From Ophelia neglecta (lineage: Eukaryota), in contig OZ260663.1 in the NCBI GenBank assembly GCA_965285935.1, forward strand, positions 26,970,001 through 27,034,000: DNA of 64,000 nucleotides, read 5' to 3'. Each line of letters begins with the position of its first letter. Positions within the stretch are counted from its first letter, which is position 1. The translations under genes and the position numbers were made by a program. Under the pieces are notes generated by a model, which had not been told where the DNA came from, made no database searches, and saw only the letters and a program-made list of their open reading frames with translations. Below are positions 37,301-50,184 of this stretch, piece after piece.

Positions 37301-40300
37301 CGTAAAATTATAAAAATAATAAGCTAAGGATTTGTGGAAGCTTGTTTGATGAACTTCATTGAATTAAAAAGAGCACGTACAGTGACAATTTATTATGGGC
37401 ATAAAAATCGATCACTTGATATAATATTTAATCATATGACCCATTCATTTCTCGAAAAACCCATACTGATGAAAAAACAATTATAAGTAGTTAGAGCAAA
37501 TCCCTAAGAAAGACCTTGTAAATGTTGTTTCATTGGTACAGGTGGGTTATTTGAACTGCTATTCCCATTGTAGGCTATAAAACACCAATTCATTATTTGA
37601 TTGTTGGCCATTATGAAATTAGTATATATTTCGTACATTTCTAAACTTCAGGTCGTTTGCGACTTAGGTGTCAAAAATGTTTTCTCTAATGTGACCATTA
37701 TATCAATCATTCTGGGTAGGTCATGTTGCATTTTTCTTCAAAAGACCTAGTTATTTTGTACATCATAGTTGTAACATTCATTTTGTGAATCTTCCACATT
37801 TCCAGTTATATACAACAGTTTAACTTATTGATAAAACTACTATAATATTACTTTGATCAAATACTAAGGAAATAAGTCTTGGATATCCCTATTAGGTATA
37901 ATACTACTTGAACGAATGAAGTTGACGTGCTTGGAGATATTTATCTGAGGTGATATATGTTAACAACTGCACGTGCAAATTTGCAAAAGAAGACTAGTCA
38001 GCGGAATGTTGTATTTGTGCAGTGTTAAATATGTTAAAAATAGGTCACTCTGATATTGTTGTGAGAATTGATACTAATTAGGAAGGTACTTTTTCAGATA
38101 CCTAGAGAATTCTATGTTTAAAACCTGTGGACACCTTTCATAAATTGAAGTAAACTACTTAGGTAAAGTACAGTATTACACACAACTGAAAAACAAAAGA
38201 CCTAGTCAGTATTTTTTCCAGCCATATGTAATAGCCAAAATGAAAATTATAATCAACACTAAGGGCGCAAAATATATTGCAATTTAACCAAAAAAAAATA
38301 TGTTTGACATAAATGACCGAAAACCAATAACCTTTTCCGCAATGACTTACCTGTCCAAGATATATTTTATATATTGAACTAGACATTCATATATTAAGCA
38401 TTTAAATATATTTAACACGAACATGGGACTAAACAAGCTGTCGCTATCATTTTATGAATCCGGAAAACACAAGTGCTAAAACCGTAGCCATCCAATATTA
38501 CGAGAGCAAATGAACCATCTGCGAATTCCAAATGCTTCGCTTCACGATTACTGCCTAAGTTACACAAGGGAGCTTACAGTAAGAAATTCTGGTAGAAACC
38601 GGGAGAGTTTTTAAGGTGCCTTGAGAAATCTAGAACCTTTTTATTCATAAATAAGCCGGGCAAAAATATTGAGAAAAAAAATAAAACGGAAGAAGACTCC
38701 TGTGCAGCAAGTCATCTTTTGCGTTTTTGGAAAAGTTCAAAAACAGAGGTAAACTGGAGACTTATTCTGGAAGATAATACAAAGCAGGACGCTCTCAGTG
38801 AAACTAAGAAAGTTGGCAGTTGTTTGTTAGAAGTACTGCAAAGGCTACACTGTAAACAGTATGACTATCCTCAAGGCGGACATAGTGCAGCGAATTGAGG
38901 TCAGTCTTGCCAGAACTCGCATCAGTTGGTGCAAATTGATTGAAACAGGTTTGGTCGACATTCATAGTACACAAAACGGTGTATAGCATCCTTAACCTTT
39001 TTCTCCTAGTATCTCCTTGAACTCAATTTTGCATTAAAAAACTGGTTTAAAATGTGTAAATTACGTAGCAACCATAGGTTGGTTTTAAGCAATACCATGA
39101 TACATAGAACCTGTAGAACTCACAAATGTGGTGTTTAAAGATACAAATATCCTGTGCGTGTACAAAATTAAGAGACCTGTGCCATGTAGATCTACTAATA
39201 TGCAATCTGTGATCGCTCTAAGGGACAAGATAACTTCATTTCATTCATCATGACTGAGGTTTATGAAAGTTGCTTTTACCATATTTTTGTCACGTACTGT
39301 GTTCTTAATCCGCCTACTGACTAGAATCCGTTGGCACACCTACAGTTAATTGTGACACACCGAGAAGCGGGATCGAATCGGTACCGTGGCTATCGGTGTC
39401 TCAGAATTTATGTTCGATTTTGTTGAACAATCTTTATTTATGATTTTGCCTTGTCGTTCGGGAAACTTTTGATCCTAACTAAAAAGAATAGCAATTATAG
39501 ATGGCCTGTGTACAGAGGGTGTGTCCAATTAGTGGCTTGGGTGTGAACACGGTTTCAAACATGGCACAATTACAGTGGGAAGTGACAAAACGACTGAAAA
39601 GTGTGAATTTGCTAATTGGTAGTGCTGATTTTCTGTCGGAGATCCAAGGCTTTAAGTTGAATGCGATACTTCATATTATTGGCAAATAATTCCCACACCT
39701 GTCTTCCTGTATGTTAGATATCTGAGTCTATGCTTATGGTAAGGTCACTCCTGGCTCTTTGGCCAGTCGTTTTTCATCTTTTAAGATGTCGTTTCCCTCA
39801 TAACATACTATTACAACACCCCAGTCTCGATATAAGTATCAAGTAAAATATGTATATTAAGGCGTATTCTTAACGGTAGTCGACACCTGCTAGACGAAGC
39901 GAAATAGTCCAACAGGAGTAGTACTTTAAATCAGTTCCACAATCATATGGATGATATATTTTGAGTCCTACAGAAATTTATCCCCGATTCCATTATAGGA
40001 ATGACAAACTAATAATTAAAATTAAGAAGACTGGAAGATGACACCACTTGCAAAGGAAGACAGCCTCTACATTTGATACAGTTACGTTTGCTTAAAAGAC
40101 TCACACAGTCGTTTGCTGATTTTATAAATACTGCAGATACTGGCAAATCCTGTCAGCAATGCTTCCAAAGTAGAACTCTAATGGTATAGGACAAAACGGG
40201 TGTCCATAATCGGCAGCTTAAGCCAAACAAAATCTGTCATTAAGAAAGGTCATTTGCATGGTGAGCTAATACCAGGAAAGGACAACGATCGGCTTTAACA

Positions 40301-41241
40301 CCGTCAATCCATGGTTCCAGAGCTAGAAACTAGTCATAAACCAAATATCAGAATAAAATGGCATATATGAAGACCGGGCAATTTATTGCCAGCGCAACCA
40401 TTTGGCTGCAGGAACCGTAGAACTGAAAGGCCTTAATTCATTGCCGCTATGATGAATCGTTTCGCAGCGATAGTCCAAAGCAGTGTGCCAAGTGCCGACC
40501 AGACGACAATCTATTCCTTGCCACTGAGTGGCCTAATTGATTGTCAAACCATATCATTAAACAGGACATCCTATCAGCGCCTTATTCGATTCCGTCAGTT
40601 CGGCCGCAGATCCCTGTGTTTGAAACGGAAGTATAAATAGGTCTTATCTGCAAACCAATAAATAGCACATCTACCTGTCGTAGAACAATTCAGCCACGCG
40701 ATTTTCAATTTGGTTTCGGTAGATTTATGTGACGCCTTCACAACAATAAAAGGTATAATATGCACAATTTTGTGCAATTCATCTGCTTCGCCAAGAGGGA
40801 TGTCCACATTGCCATATCGTTCAATCTAAACGCGGACTCCTAATACAGACATCCTGAACAATGGTTTTAGGGGAGACCTGCGTTCCTGAATGCAGTTCTA
40901 AACCTTGAGGAAATTATAATGAGTAATATTCGCTCTTGGGTCATTCATTTTAGGAGGTACATTTTACAAGGCATTACCAGCCTCTATTGACCTTCGCCTT
41001 TTTGAAGACGTGCATGAAAGTGATATATGTAATACGGTTACCACATGACAAGGACAACAGGGACACAGGTAAAATGCTAAAAAATTATTCCATGCAGGTT
41101 AAAATCAGAAGGGGATATTATTTTTCGATTCCTGTGGTTGTGTTACCGGGTGAGATTTACTATTTGGCTGTAGGAGAGTGTATTTTTCCGCTGCGCAAAA
41201 TGTAGCAGACGATTCAGGTTAATTTATTTAGGCCTAGAGAA

Positions 41242-41303
41242 AAATCACACCCGATCACTCGTGATCTGGGAGAAATCACACCCGGTCACTCGTGATCTGG
41301 GAG
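41242..41303. repeat. 31-bp tandem duplication (2 copies, 1 mismatch)
   Basis: AAATCACACCCG(A/G)TCACTCGTGATCTGGGAG at 41242 and 41273. Confidence 0.9.
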
Positions 41304-42714
41304 TGATAGAAAATAAAAAAGGTAAGGTACGAAGCATCTCTAGGCAGGGTCCAGAACGTTTCTAGGGAAAGTCTAAAGAAAAGAAATCTATTGGTCAGAC
41401 GAGTCCATCCTGTGGGCAAACAAACATTACGTAGATAGTTATAGAGCGTTGGTCGGGAGCGGGAGTGTTGAGTTGGCCGGTAGAATTTGAAGTGTAAAGA
41501 CGTCCCCGAACTATAGAGGAATAGTAAAGGGTTGGCCTCCGAGAAGCAAGGTGCAAGGACGTATTATAAATTCGAGCCTGTAGTGTGTACATTTAAAAAG
41601 AGTGCAATAAAAACGGATTGTTAAGTTAATGTGAAGTACGTTGTGAAACCGTTACCCGCGCCTCTCAAGCCAAGCGAGTTGAAGTAATTGTGAATAACTA
41701 AAACCAATAACAAACATAACGGTTTCAGTATCCTGCAGATGCTTCCAATAAATTTAACGGCCCCATTTATAAGGGGACGGGCTGATAAACTTCCGTCGTT
41801 AAACCTACCAATACACCAATCTGTCAGGCTTACTGTTAATGCCTGAACGTGGTAATTCTTTATGGTCATGTTAGAGGGCAGCTCGGCATCGAAAGGTTTT
41901 CTGGTTTAATGTAAAACACAGTAAGACAGCAATTCGATGAACTATTTTCCGAATATGACGTGTAGACAAGTTTCAAGAGCACACTATAGTATGCCCAGTG
42001 TGTAGATCTATATAATGAATATACCGGGTAGAAGAGATTGGCTATAGAACACTGATAACTAGTTAGTATTGGACATTTCATATTGATAATTTTGAATATT
42101 GCCTTGTTATGATTATTTGCAAATTATTTCCAATTCCAATGAGGATAACTTGTTTACATGCATTTAAATAAACGTAAATACTATGACAAACAATAACAAC
42201 GGGCCACAAACAAACCAATACGAAACCAACTACTAAATAAATATGAAAGATTATTTCTAATATGACATTCTATAGGCTGACTAAGATTTGTTTTGAAGCA
42301 TTACAATTAAAGATGAAATTTGATTTGAATCTAGTTTATTTTGAGAAACTCAGTAGCGAGGTCTTTTACCATTTTATAATCTTAGACTTTTGCTATCCGG
42401 GAGATGTATCCATTGCGAAACGAATTAAAAAGCGTCAAATTTCAATTTTTTTAATTGACTGCTTTCCTATATGACTAAGAATATAGGTTAGGCGTTTTAG
42501 ATTAATGCTATTGTGTGCATTGTCCAATGAGAGAAAGTGTAGGAGCATGGTTTTCCTTGTATATATTTAGTATATATTATATTTATAAACGAGAATATGG
42601 AAAAGTCTCGACTATTATTTTAATAAATCTTAATGACAGCCAGGGAACTGCGGATTGATGTTTATGGGACTGCAGTAGGAGGTATCAGATTATTTCAGAT
42701 CTGCGAATGTATTT

Positions 42715-42882
42715 GGCATCCTGGAAAACCTGATACGAGACACGAGGGAAATACGAGATACACAGATACGGAGAAAATAAGATAGAGTTGGGATATGGTA
42801 GGGTTAGGGGCAGGGTTAAGCTATGAACCTAACTAAATCATTCCTTACTTAACCCTTCACCCTAACCCTATTTCAGTATGCC
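42715..42882. mobile_element. Second, internally deleted copy of the 9-bp-TSD MITE
   Basis: Colinear with 24348-24591 (GGCATCCTGGAAAACCTGATACG ... CCCTAACCCTA..CAGTATGCC). Flanks AATGTATTT and AATGTTTTT match at 8/9. Confidence 0.88.
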
Positions 42883-43297
42883 AATGTTTTTGCTTTTTTT
42901 TTCTGCCAGGTATCCGCTCTAGTCATTTTTGTTGTCATTCAGTGGGCTTTTGGGGTGTGGGTGTCGGGCAAGGGACGTGGGAGTGGCGGGTATTATTAGT
43001 TTGTAATCGTTTTTATTGATAATGTAACTCTCCGTATCTGATATACCCGCTGTACAAGTTAATTTTAACGGCAAGGAGGGACTTGTTAAACGTTTATTAA
43101 TGTTAATTAAGTAATATGTGTAGGTGTATTTTCTGAATCGCCTTCTTTGTTCACTCTTCCATGCAAACTTGCCGATGTTACGAGATCTTTGATGATAAAA
43201 AAATCGGCATAATATAAGGACATTTCCATTGATGATCTCTTATATAGCTGATGGCATTATATTGACCATATAGGTCTACCTTTCTCTGCACCTATTA

Positions 43298-43474
43298 CAG
43301 TGAAAACTGTGAATTAAGACCACCAAAGGGACTGGACAATGGTGGTCTGATTTGCAGGTGATCTGTTTAGACTGGTTATTTAACATTGAAAGCTTACATC
43401 ATGGTCCTCCTATTGTTGGTCTGAATTGGTAGGTGGTCTGATTATGGAGGTGGTCTTTAAGGCAGGTTTCACTG
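43298..43474. mobile_element. Tc1/mariner (pogo/Tigger-like) MITE with TA TSD
   Basis: TA|CAGTGAAAACTG ... CAGGTTTCACTG|TA, with repeated subterminal GGTGGTCT/AGACCACC motifs. Confidence 0.85.
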
Positions 43475-43949
43475 TATTTTATTATGTCTCATGATATATA
43501 CATTTCCATTTCTATCATCGAACTGGACGCTCTAGGTGTAACTCGTGATAAGGCTTGCTGACGTGACATGCATTGTTGTTAGCATTATTCTGTTGGAGCA
43601 AAGATCTATTCAATTACGATTATTTGTATCTCTACTTTTTCATTTGGCAATTACGATAGGCAAATTCTATACACTCATGATAGTAGTACTGAAAGAACAT
43701 GGTAAATAAAAATAGGGTATAATTGCTGGCAATTTAAGAGACACGTCCGACACGTTTGGAAACCACCGACCATTTTCTGCAATGTACATAAGGCCAAGGT
43801 GAGCCAGGGTTCGTTATCAAGCTATTTTACAATGTCTGTTTTACAATGTCGAATTTTCGTCTATCAGAACAATGTACAGTTTCGACGTTACTATGGAGAG
43901 TCTGGTGAATTATGATGGATCGAGAGTTTGTGACTGTGGGCACTGTCTG

Positions 43950-44830
43950 AATGTCGAAGCCAAGAGGCATTACACATTCTAGCATAGCCTTTCTAACGTT
44001 TTGTCACGGTTTTCAGGACAGTCCGAGTATTGGTCATGAAAAGGTTTTGTAGGCATAATAGTCATTTTCGACATAGGAACCTTTGTGCCCGATTTAGTAA
44101 CTCCAGTAACAGAGTTATTAGCTTATTAAGTGTTATGTATGCTCGTTGCTTCCAAGAGTCATGTTAAAGCTGCTAGCGTACCATTCAAAATGAGTTTTGA
44201 TATATCCGAGCTATCTGAAATATAACACATAAATGCAGCCAAATTGGCTTCATCAGTAGCAGAAAAGTTAGTGTTGTGTTACATACAAGAAGCATGGTAC
44301 TTCTCAATGTTTTGTGGAAAGTTACTGTTGTCGAGTCCATTTAAACCAACTCAGAAGAAAACTCAGTTGCAGAGGTGGACCAACTTTACAAATTCGCCAG
44401 GCATATATTTGTCGTCAATGGTTTTAAATGAATGGTATGTCTACCATTTTTATCATGGAGTGTGATCTTTGTCTAATTCTGAAAGGTGGGGAAATGAGTA
44501 GACCTCTCAGCTTGTTGAACATTGGTTGACCACGCCAATAAAGGGCTATTAGGATGGCGTGGATCTTTTGCTTCACTAAAACGTCCAATACCCTGCCCAG
44601 ATAGCGAAAGGGAGGGTATACATAACGTTTGTCTATGTGCCAGTTCCCTTGTGCCAGGTCGTCGAACCCATGAGTCATGGGAACCAGCGCTAACTGGGAA
44701 GTTGAAATTGACGCAGAGCGATTCATTGTACGCGGTCGCTTCATGTTGTCCAGGTAAATGAATACCGGTAGTTTGGGAGTTTAACATCCATTCGTACTGC
44801 AGTTTCAGCCGACTCAGGAAATCCACTTTA
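43950..44830 (-). mobile_element. Decayed DIRS-type tyrosine-recombinase retrotransposon (RNase H end, methyltransferase-like domain, recombinase N-terminus)
   Basis: DFLSR..QYEWML; DDLAQGNW...YVYPPFRYLGRVL...AILIALYWRGQPMF; then LAAFMCYISDSS...LNGTLAAL...VTKSGTKVPM...MPTKPF, with stops. Confidence 0.8.
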
Positions 44831-45499
44831 CTAGTAAAGCTACTTTATGGGGCCATCAATTTCCATTGTCTGAGCTAGTAATTCTTCTCAGATTGTTCCT
44901 GCCAACAGTAGCTCTTTCACCCAATGTACCTTATGTTATCTTGAATGTTCAGCATCTGAGTATGCAATTCTTCTCAGGATTGGATGATGGGAGATCCTGA
45001 TCCTGGTAGCAGATGCCTTTTCCTCCTTGTATGTTATGGTTAAACAAATTTAGTTTTGAAAAGTTTCTGTCAGTTAGGGGGATATGGTTAAAAGGGTGTT
45101 ATCTCTTGGGTGCTCGAAATGTCAAACTTGCATTAACGGAGTTTTTAGGGATAAGGTCCTTTTGATGACTGACGGGTGCTTATCGTTTGCTGGAAAGGCA
45201 CATGTATTTGGGTCTCTGCATACGGCATGAACTGCCCTTTTTAATAGGCGCTGGTCTAGGCGTGTCCTAGGAGTAATGTTCAGTAAGGGGTTTTATACTC
45301 TTCTCTCGCAGTGTAGCCCCGACAAGGAGTCAAAGTGTGGTATTATCACATACTACATAAGGAAGTTAGAGTGCTATTATGCCAACAACGGATAGATGAA
45401 CTTTACTGGTAACTGTTGGCAAAATAAGATAGATGGAACTGTTGGCTTATTATGTACTTTATGCTTATGACTGTTTAAGTCCATCGCAGGCCGCTGGAA

Positions 45500-45800
45500 G
45501 ATTGCAGTATCGTTAAAGAAGGGGACCCAAACTGGTTCCTACTTTGCATTGAGATGTAATAATAAATCTTAATAGAGCACTAATAATATCAAATACATTG
45601 AAGTAGACCAAAGAGTAAACTGAAGAATTTCGTTGTGGGGCAGATAGGTGATAAATCATGCAAATTTCAGGGATTGTGCAAATTTAGATTTAGATGTTGT
45701 GGAAGGAGAGCTTTCTACTTTTTCCTTGGTTGCCATAGAATGGGCAAGATTTAAGTAACATAACAAATATTGATGGCAAATATGGCACCAAAAAAGGAAG
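45500..45800 (-). mobile_element. Possible highly decayed LINE RT fragment
   Basis: YGNQGK, *FITYL and GTSLGPLL occur in RT order across frames. Confidence 0.35.
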
Positions 45801-45949
45801 AAATAAAAGCAAACATAATTACGGTCAGATGTAACTTGCTTCCTAACGTTGACATTGTTTGCCATACTAATATGTCAATAATTGTCATGGAAACAGTAAC
45901 ATATTCCAAAACTCTTCATCAATTTTGTATATCTTATGTTCATTCAGGT

Positions 45950-46360
45950 ATATAAGGCAGTGCATCTGAGGCCATCTTTCTTACCTTTACACTTTCGCTG
46001 ACTGAATTTCCAGTCTTTTTCACATTACGTAATTCCTTGGCAGTAGGCACTTACAACTGGGAGCAAGGACCAGAGGGGTTGCCAGTCCTCGTGGGTATCC
46101 TCCTTGCACCAATATGCGGATGAAGTTGGTAGTATATGTACTGGTATTAAAGACTGTCTTCAAGCACGGCCTGCTTGATAAGCAACCCTGTTTGCCTACT
46201 TAATCAATGCTCCGCGTGTGGGTAGAATGCTTTCCAATGATATTCCTTCGGCAGGGAAGCGGTTCGCACGACAAACTTCAACACTTGTATCATCACTAGC
46301 TCGATCATACAACGAAATAACAAACCGTGCCAAAGTTAACATGGCAGTATCCTGAATCAT
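45950..46360 (-). mobile_element. Decayed C-terminus of an Academ-type (XPG-like nuclease plus Cys-rich) DNA transposon protein
   Basis: One frame with stops: LARFVISLYDRAS...LESILPTRGAL..ANRVAYQAG...QSL...LP...WQPLWSLLP....C.....C.....RKCK..KDGLRCTAL. Confidence 0.7.
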
Positions 46361-48804
46361 GCATATTTTACGTATACTAATAATAAATGTACGTTAGGAA
46401 ATGGAATACAGTATAAACTGCATATGCCTGAAAGTATATGTTTGAAAAGGTTAGCAGAGCCCTCATACATATTATGTCATGAGGTCTTGGTCATATTAGT
46501 GTAAATGCCCGGAATTTATTGAATCTTTAGGAATAACTACAAATGGCAAATACTTTATTTATAGTTTTCCCACTGATAACAGCATACGCACAATGAAAGT
46601 GCCAAAGAAAACAACCATGCTAGTCAACGTACTAAGATTAATAGATCACCAGCTTACAATAATTTTGTGTATGAGCCTTACAAAGGCCACATTTGCCTGT
46701 CCAATTCAACGCACGCGAGCGTATTTGTGATGCAGTACGATGAAACATCAATCTTTCCACCTGGTTTCCTTTGATATTTGTCGTGTATGGCCGCCTTAGC
46801 CGATAAGTAATTATTGGTGGCTCTTGCACCTGGACCAGGTTTTATCCTTTTGTCATGTCTTAAGGCAAGCCCGATATGTCATACAAATAAAATCAAAGAA
46901 GCTTGAGATTCCAAGGACTAACGCTCATTGATCTTTGGGTAAAATTTTCGCTTTTTTAACAGACACATTTACTGGTCATTAAAGTTACCTTATGAAGTGG
47001 AATAATATAGGATGGAATCTGCCCAAGCCACGGCCCGACCTCAGTTATATACGACCCAGGGATGGTGATTACTCTGCTCAGAACTGTTAATCTATAAAGC
47101 ATGATCTAAAACAAGGACAATGGCAAAGATATGATCAAGGATAATGTCTTGCTCCCGTGTCCTAAATTTACAATATATAGGGCTCGATGTCCTCCTGTGG
47201 GCAGCCTAGCATTGCGTGTCCCGGGTCCCGCTTAGAGCACAACTGAAGGTACTTTCCACAAAAAGGTGAAATATTGTCAACTACCTACTTCCCTTTTAAC
47301 ATTATAAAAAGCATATTCAGCCAGTCCATGGACTACCATATCACAAAAACTAGTACCACATTGATGAAAAACCCTATTCAAACATGTCGGTATTACAAAT
47401 AATTTCATTCAAAAATGTGAGTCTATGAGATTCCCACAGAAAGTACGCTGAGCCTGGGCATGATATAATCAAACCGACGCTCAGAATTTCAACTCTCTGG
47501 TCATTCGTCATAATATCCACCTTTTGCACAATATTACACACACTTTGTTCCAAGCCTTTTTTTGCAGGAAATAAACCGGTACTCTCAAAGTCACAAAGAG
47601 CAGTTTCAAGTTTAAATTATTTGAGAAGAAAAATTATGTCTTTAGTAAAGCCTGACAATTGTTTAGAAAAGAAGCGAAATAGAAATAAATTTTTCACCAA
47701 TGAATCTGGCATTCTACAAAGCCTTTCAAAAAGTCTCAACTTGCGAATCGCAAGAATGGAAACCAACCAAGCAATGCAAGAGACATACGCGTGTTCGACC
47801 GACGATGCAGTCTCTGTATAGTCTTGGCACAATACCAGTGACATCGTTCAAGTTCATTAAGTTGAGTTAACGTCAGATCGGTCCACAATTAACAGCCAAA
47901 AAGGCGCTGGGGAGAATTTGCACTCGTAAAGTTTCGAAAGAGTAATTGGTTTTCAACCTAGTGGAGTCAGTTTGTATGTGACACCACCCTTCATTCCATT
48001 CCTGATATAACTTCGTGACCTTCAGTAGGCCCATCCTAATGCTATTACCAAGGTTAAGCAGATTATAAACACCTATACTGCAGGCAGCAAATAAATGTAT
48101 GAATGCATTCTATTGTAAAAATTATAATATAACTTGAATTTAATGTTATACACATAATAATCGTTAATTTTCATTGTTTTACAATAGCATATGTGGGACA
48201 AGAAAAATACTATTTGTCTTTAAATAATGCATTGAACTGGCCTACAGTAACACATGGGACTGCAAGACAAAAATCCATGTCGTGTGAATTAGGTCCAAAA
48301 GGACCAATAAGCTATGCAAATAAAAAGACTATTCGTAATTCTGGCAGTTTGGACCATGTTTCGGGCCATTTCGTCTTTGCCGAGGGAGGGTAAATCGCAT
48401 CAGGCGGCTCACTATATGTGGAGGACGAAACTATTTTTAGATGAAATGATGTCTGTCCAAGTAATTTTATCTAATAGCTGCTACAAACAGTTCAATTTGA
48501 ATACAAAAGCCCTCCTTAGGAGGAAAGTTACTGCAATGGATAAGGCAGGTGGTGAATATATTTATCGGACTGATAACTCTTTTGCTGTTCAATTTCTTCG
48601 CAGTTATTGCTTTTCCTGCAATCCGTCGTTTACATATAAAGGTGTAAGTGTGTGGTTAGGTCTTGTTATTTGATAGCCAATAGTTTACATGTTGTAGTTA
48701 TAACATTGTATGCTCAAGAATGTTTACATTAAATGTAAATATTCTTGAACTTGCACCAATTGTGTCATGTGTGTGAGGCAACAAGTTTGGCCAGCAACCA
48801 AGAC

Positions 48805-49271
48805 GACTAGTACACGCTTTCGGGCTGTCCTGTCTCGTCAATGTTTGTTCGAATTATACTGACTAGTACAGGTTTTCTAGTTTTCTTGTCTAGTACATGT
48901 TATCCTGATTTGTACACGCTTTCGAGTCTAGTTTATATTTTCGATCTATCCTGTCTAGTACATCTTATCCTGACTTGTACTTTTCGAGTTATCATGACTA
49001 CAATATATTACACGTTTTCGAGCTATCCTGAGTAGTAAACGCGTTCGAATTCTCCGGACTTGTATACTTTAACGAGTTATCCTGACTTGTATACGTGTTT
49101 GAGTTTTCCCGACTAGTACACGGTTTCAAGTTATCCTGACTACTACATGTTATCCTTACTAGTCAATGTTTTCGAGTTATCCTGACTAGTACACGTGTTG
49201 TGTTATCCAGACTTGTACACGCTTACGAGATATCCAGACTAGTACACGTTTTCGAGTTATCCTGAGTAGTA
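48805..49271. repeat. 27-bp minisatellite with shorter variant units
   Basis: Consensus CTAGTACACGTTTTCGAGTTATCCTGA repeated head to tail in roughly 17-19 degenerate units; some units reduced to ~19 bp (CTAGTACATGTTATCCTGA). Confidence 0.9.
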
Positions 49272-50099
49272 AATAAATACATACTCACAGTTTACGAGGT
49301 TTTTCTTACTTCACTAAATCATTTTACATCAATGCATATGGGGAAAGTGCAGAGTGCAAAAATGCTATGTTTGTAATAATAATATTTAAGCTATTTATGT
49401 GCCTTGTTGTTTATACTTTTTGTTCGAACATTTGCTATTTGCATGCCATCGTCATCAGTCAGCATAGACATAGTAATTATTTCGTCAAGTCTTCCCTCTT
49501 TAGTTGCTTGGGTTCCTTTTAAATCTTCTTGGCAGTATGGCTTCACCTACAAGGCCATGGGTAAAAAGGACAAGTTTTATCCTACCAATATTGTCTACAT
49601 GGAAAATAGCATGCCACATGAAATAGTTTTATTTAGAGCAATCATATGGGAAATCATGCCCTCAAACATTCTCGGTATTTTCTTATATTTCTTGATCCTC
49701 TCAATCTGACACAGAAAATGCGAAGAAAATGTTTCTTGGAATAAATTTCACTGAACGGCCTCATACGTGTCACTGACGCTATCACAATTGAAACAGCATT
49801 AGTATCTTTGGCTCCCGTCGAAATGGATGCATTTCTTTTATAAGGTAACAACACATTGTCCCAAGCCTGCTATGATTCTGTTGGTGTGCATTAATAATTA
49901 CAGATTTCATTTATTCTAGAAGCGTTGTATTTCCTGTAATGTTTCAACAATATACATTGCTTCGTTGGGCATTATATATATATAGGTATAAGTACCTGTA
50001 GAAAATCAATGAGACACACCATATCAAACTTTGTGTTACAGGGAATCCACAACTTTCCTTGAGTTAACTAGGTTTTTTCATGGAGGAAGAAGGATACCC

Positions 50100-50184
50100 G
50101 AAGATTTGTGGTTATTTGTGACCTATTGATGGTTTATGCTCGAAGACTTGTATTTATTTTTCGACCTATTGATGTTTTATGCTC
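50100..50184. repeat. ~42-bp imperfect tandem duplication
   Basis: GAAGA(T/C)TTGT...GACCTATTGATG(G/T)TTTATGCTC occurs twice. Confidence 0.75.

Noticed and set aside
41160-41720. LTR-like segment with AATAAA and an internal 31-bp duplication
   Set aside because: No second LTR, primer-binding site, polypurine tract or TSD identified.
47400-48050. Possible plus-strand tyrosine-recombinase relic (TLKV, DRRCSLC, HSI)
   Set aside because: Motif matches are too weak and scattered over frames.
48805-49271. CRISPR-like appearance of regularly spaced repeats
   Set aside because: Units are contiguous with no unique spacers, there are no cas genes, and the context is eukaryotic; it is a minisatellite.
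49391-49546. Exon-like 52-codon minus-strand segment (VKPYCQEDLKG...KAHK*) after a TGTAG acceptor
   Set aside because: No recognisable domain, no convincing partner exons, and no nearby poly(A) signal on that strand.
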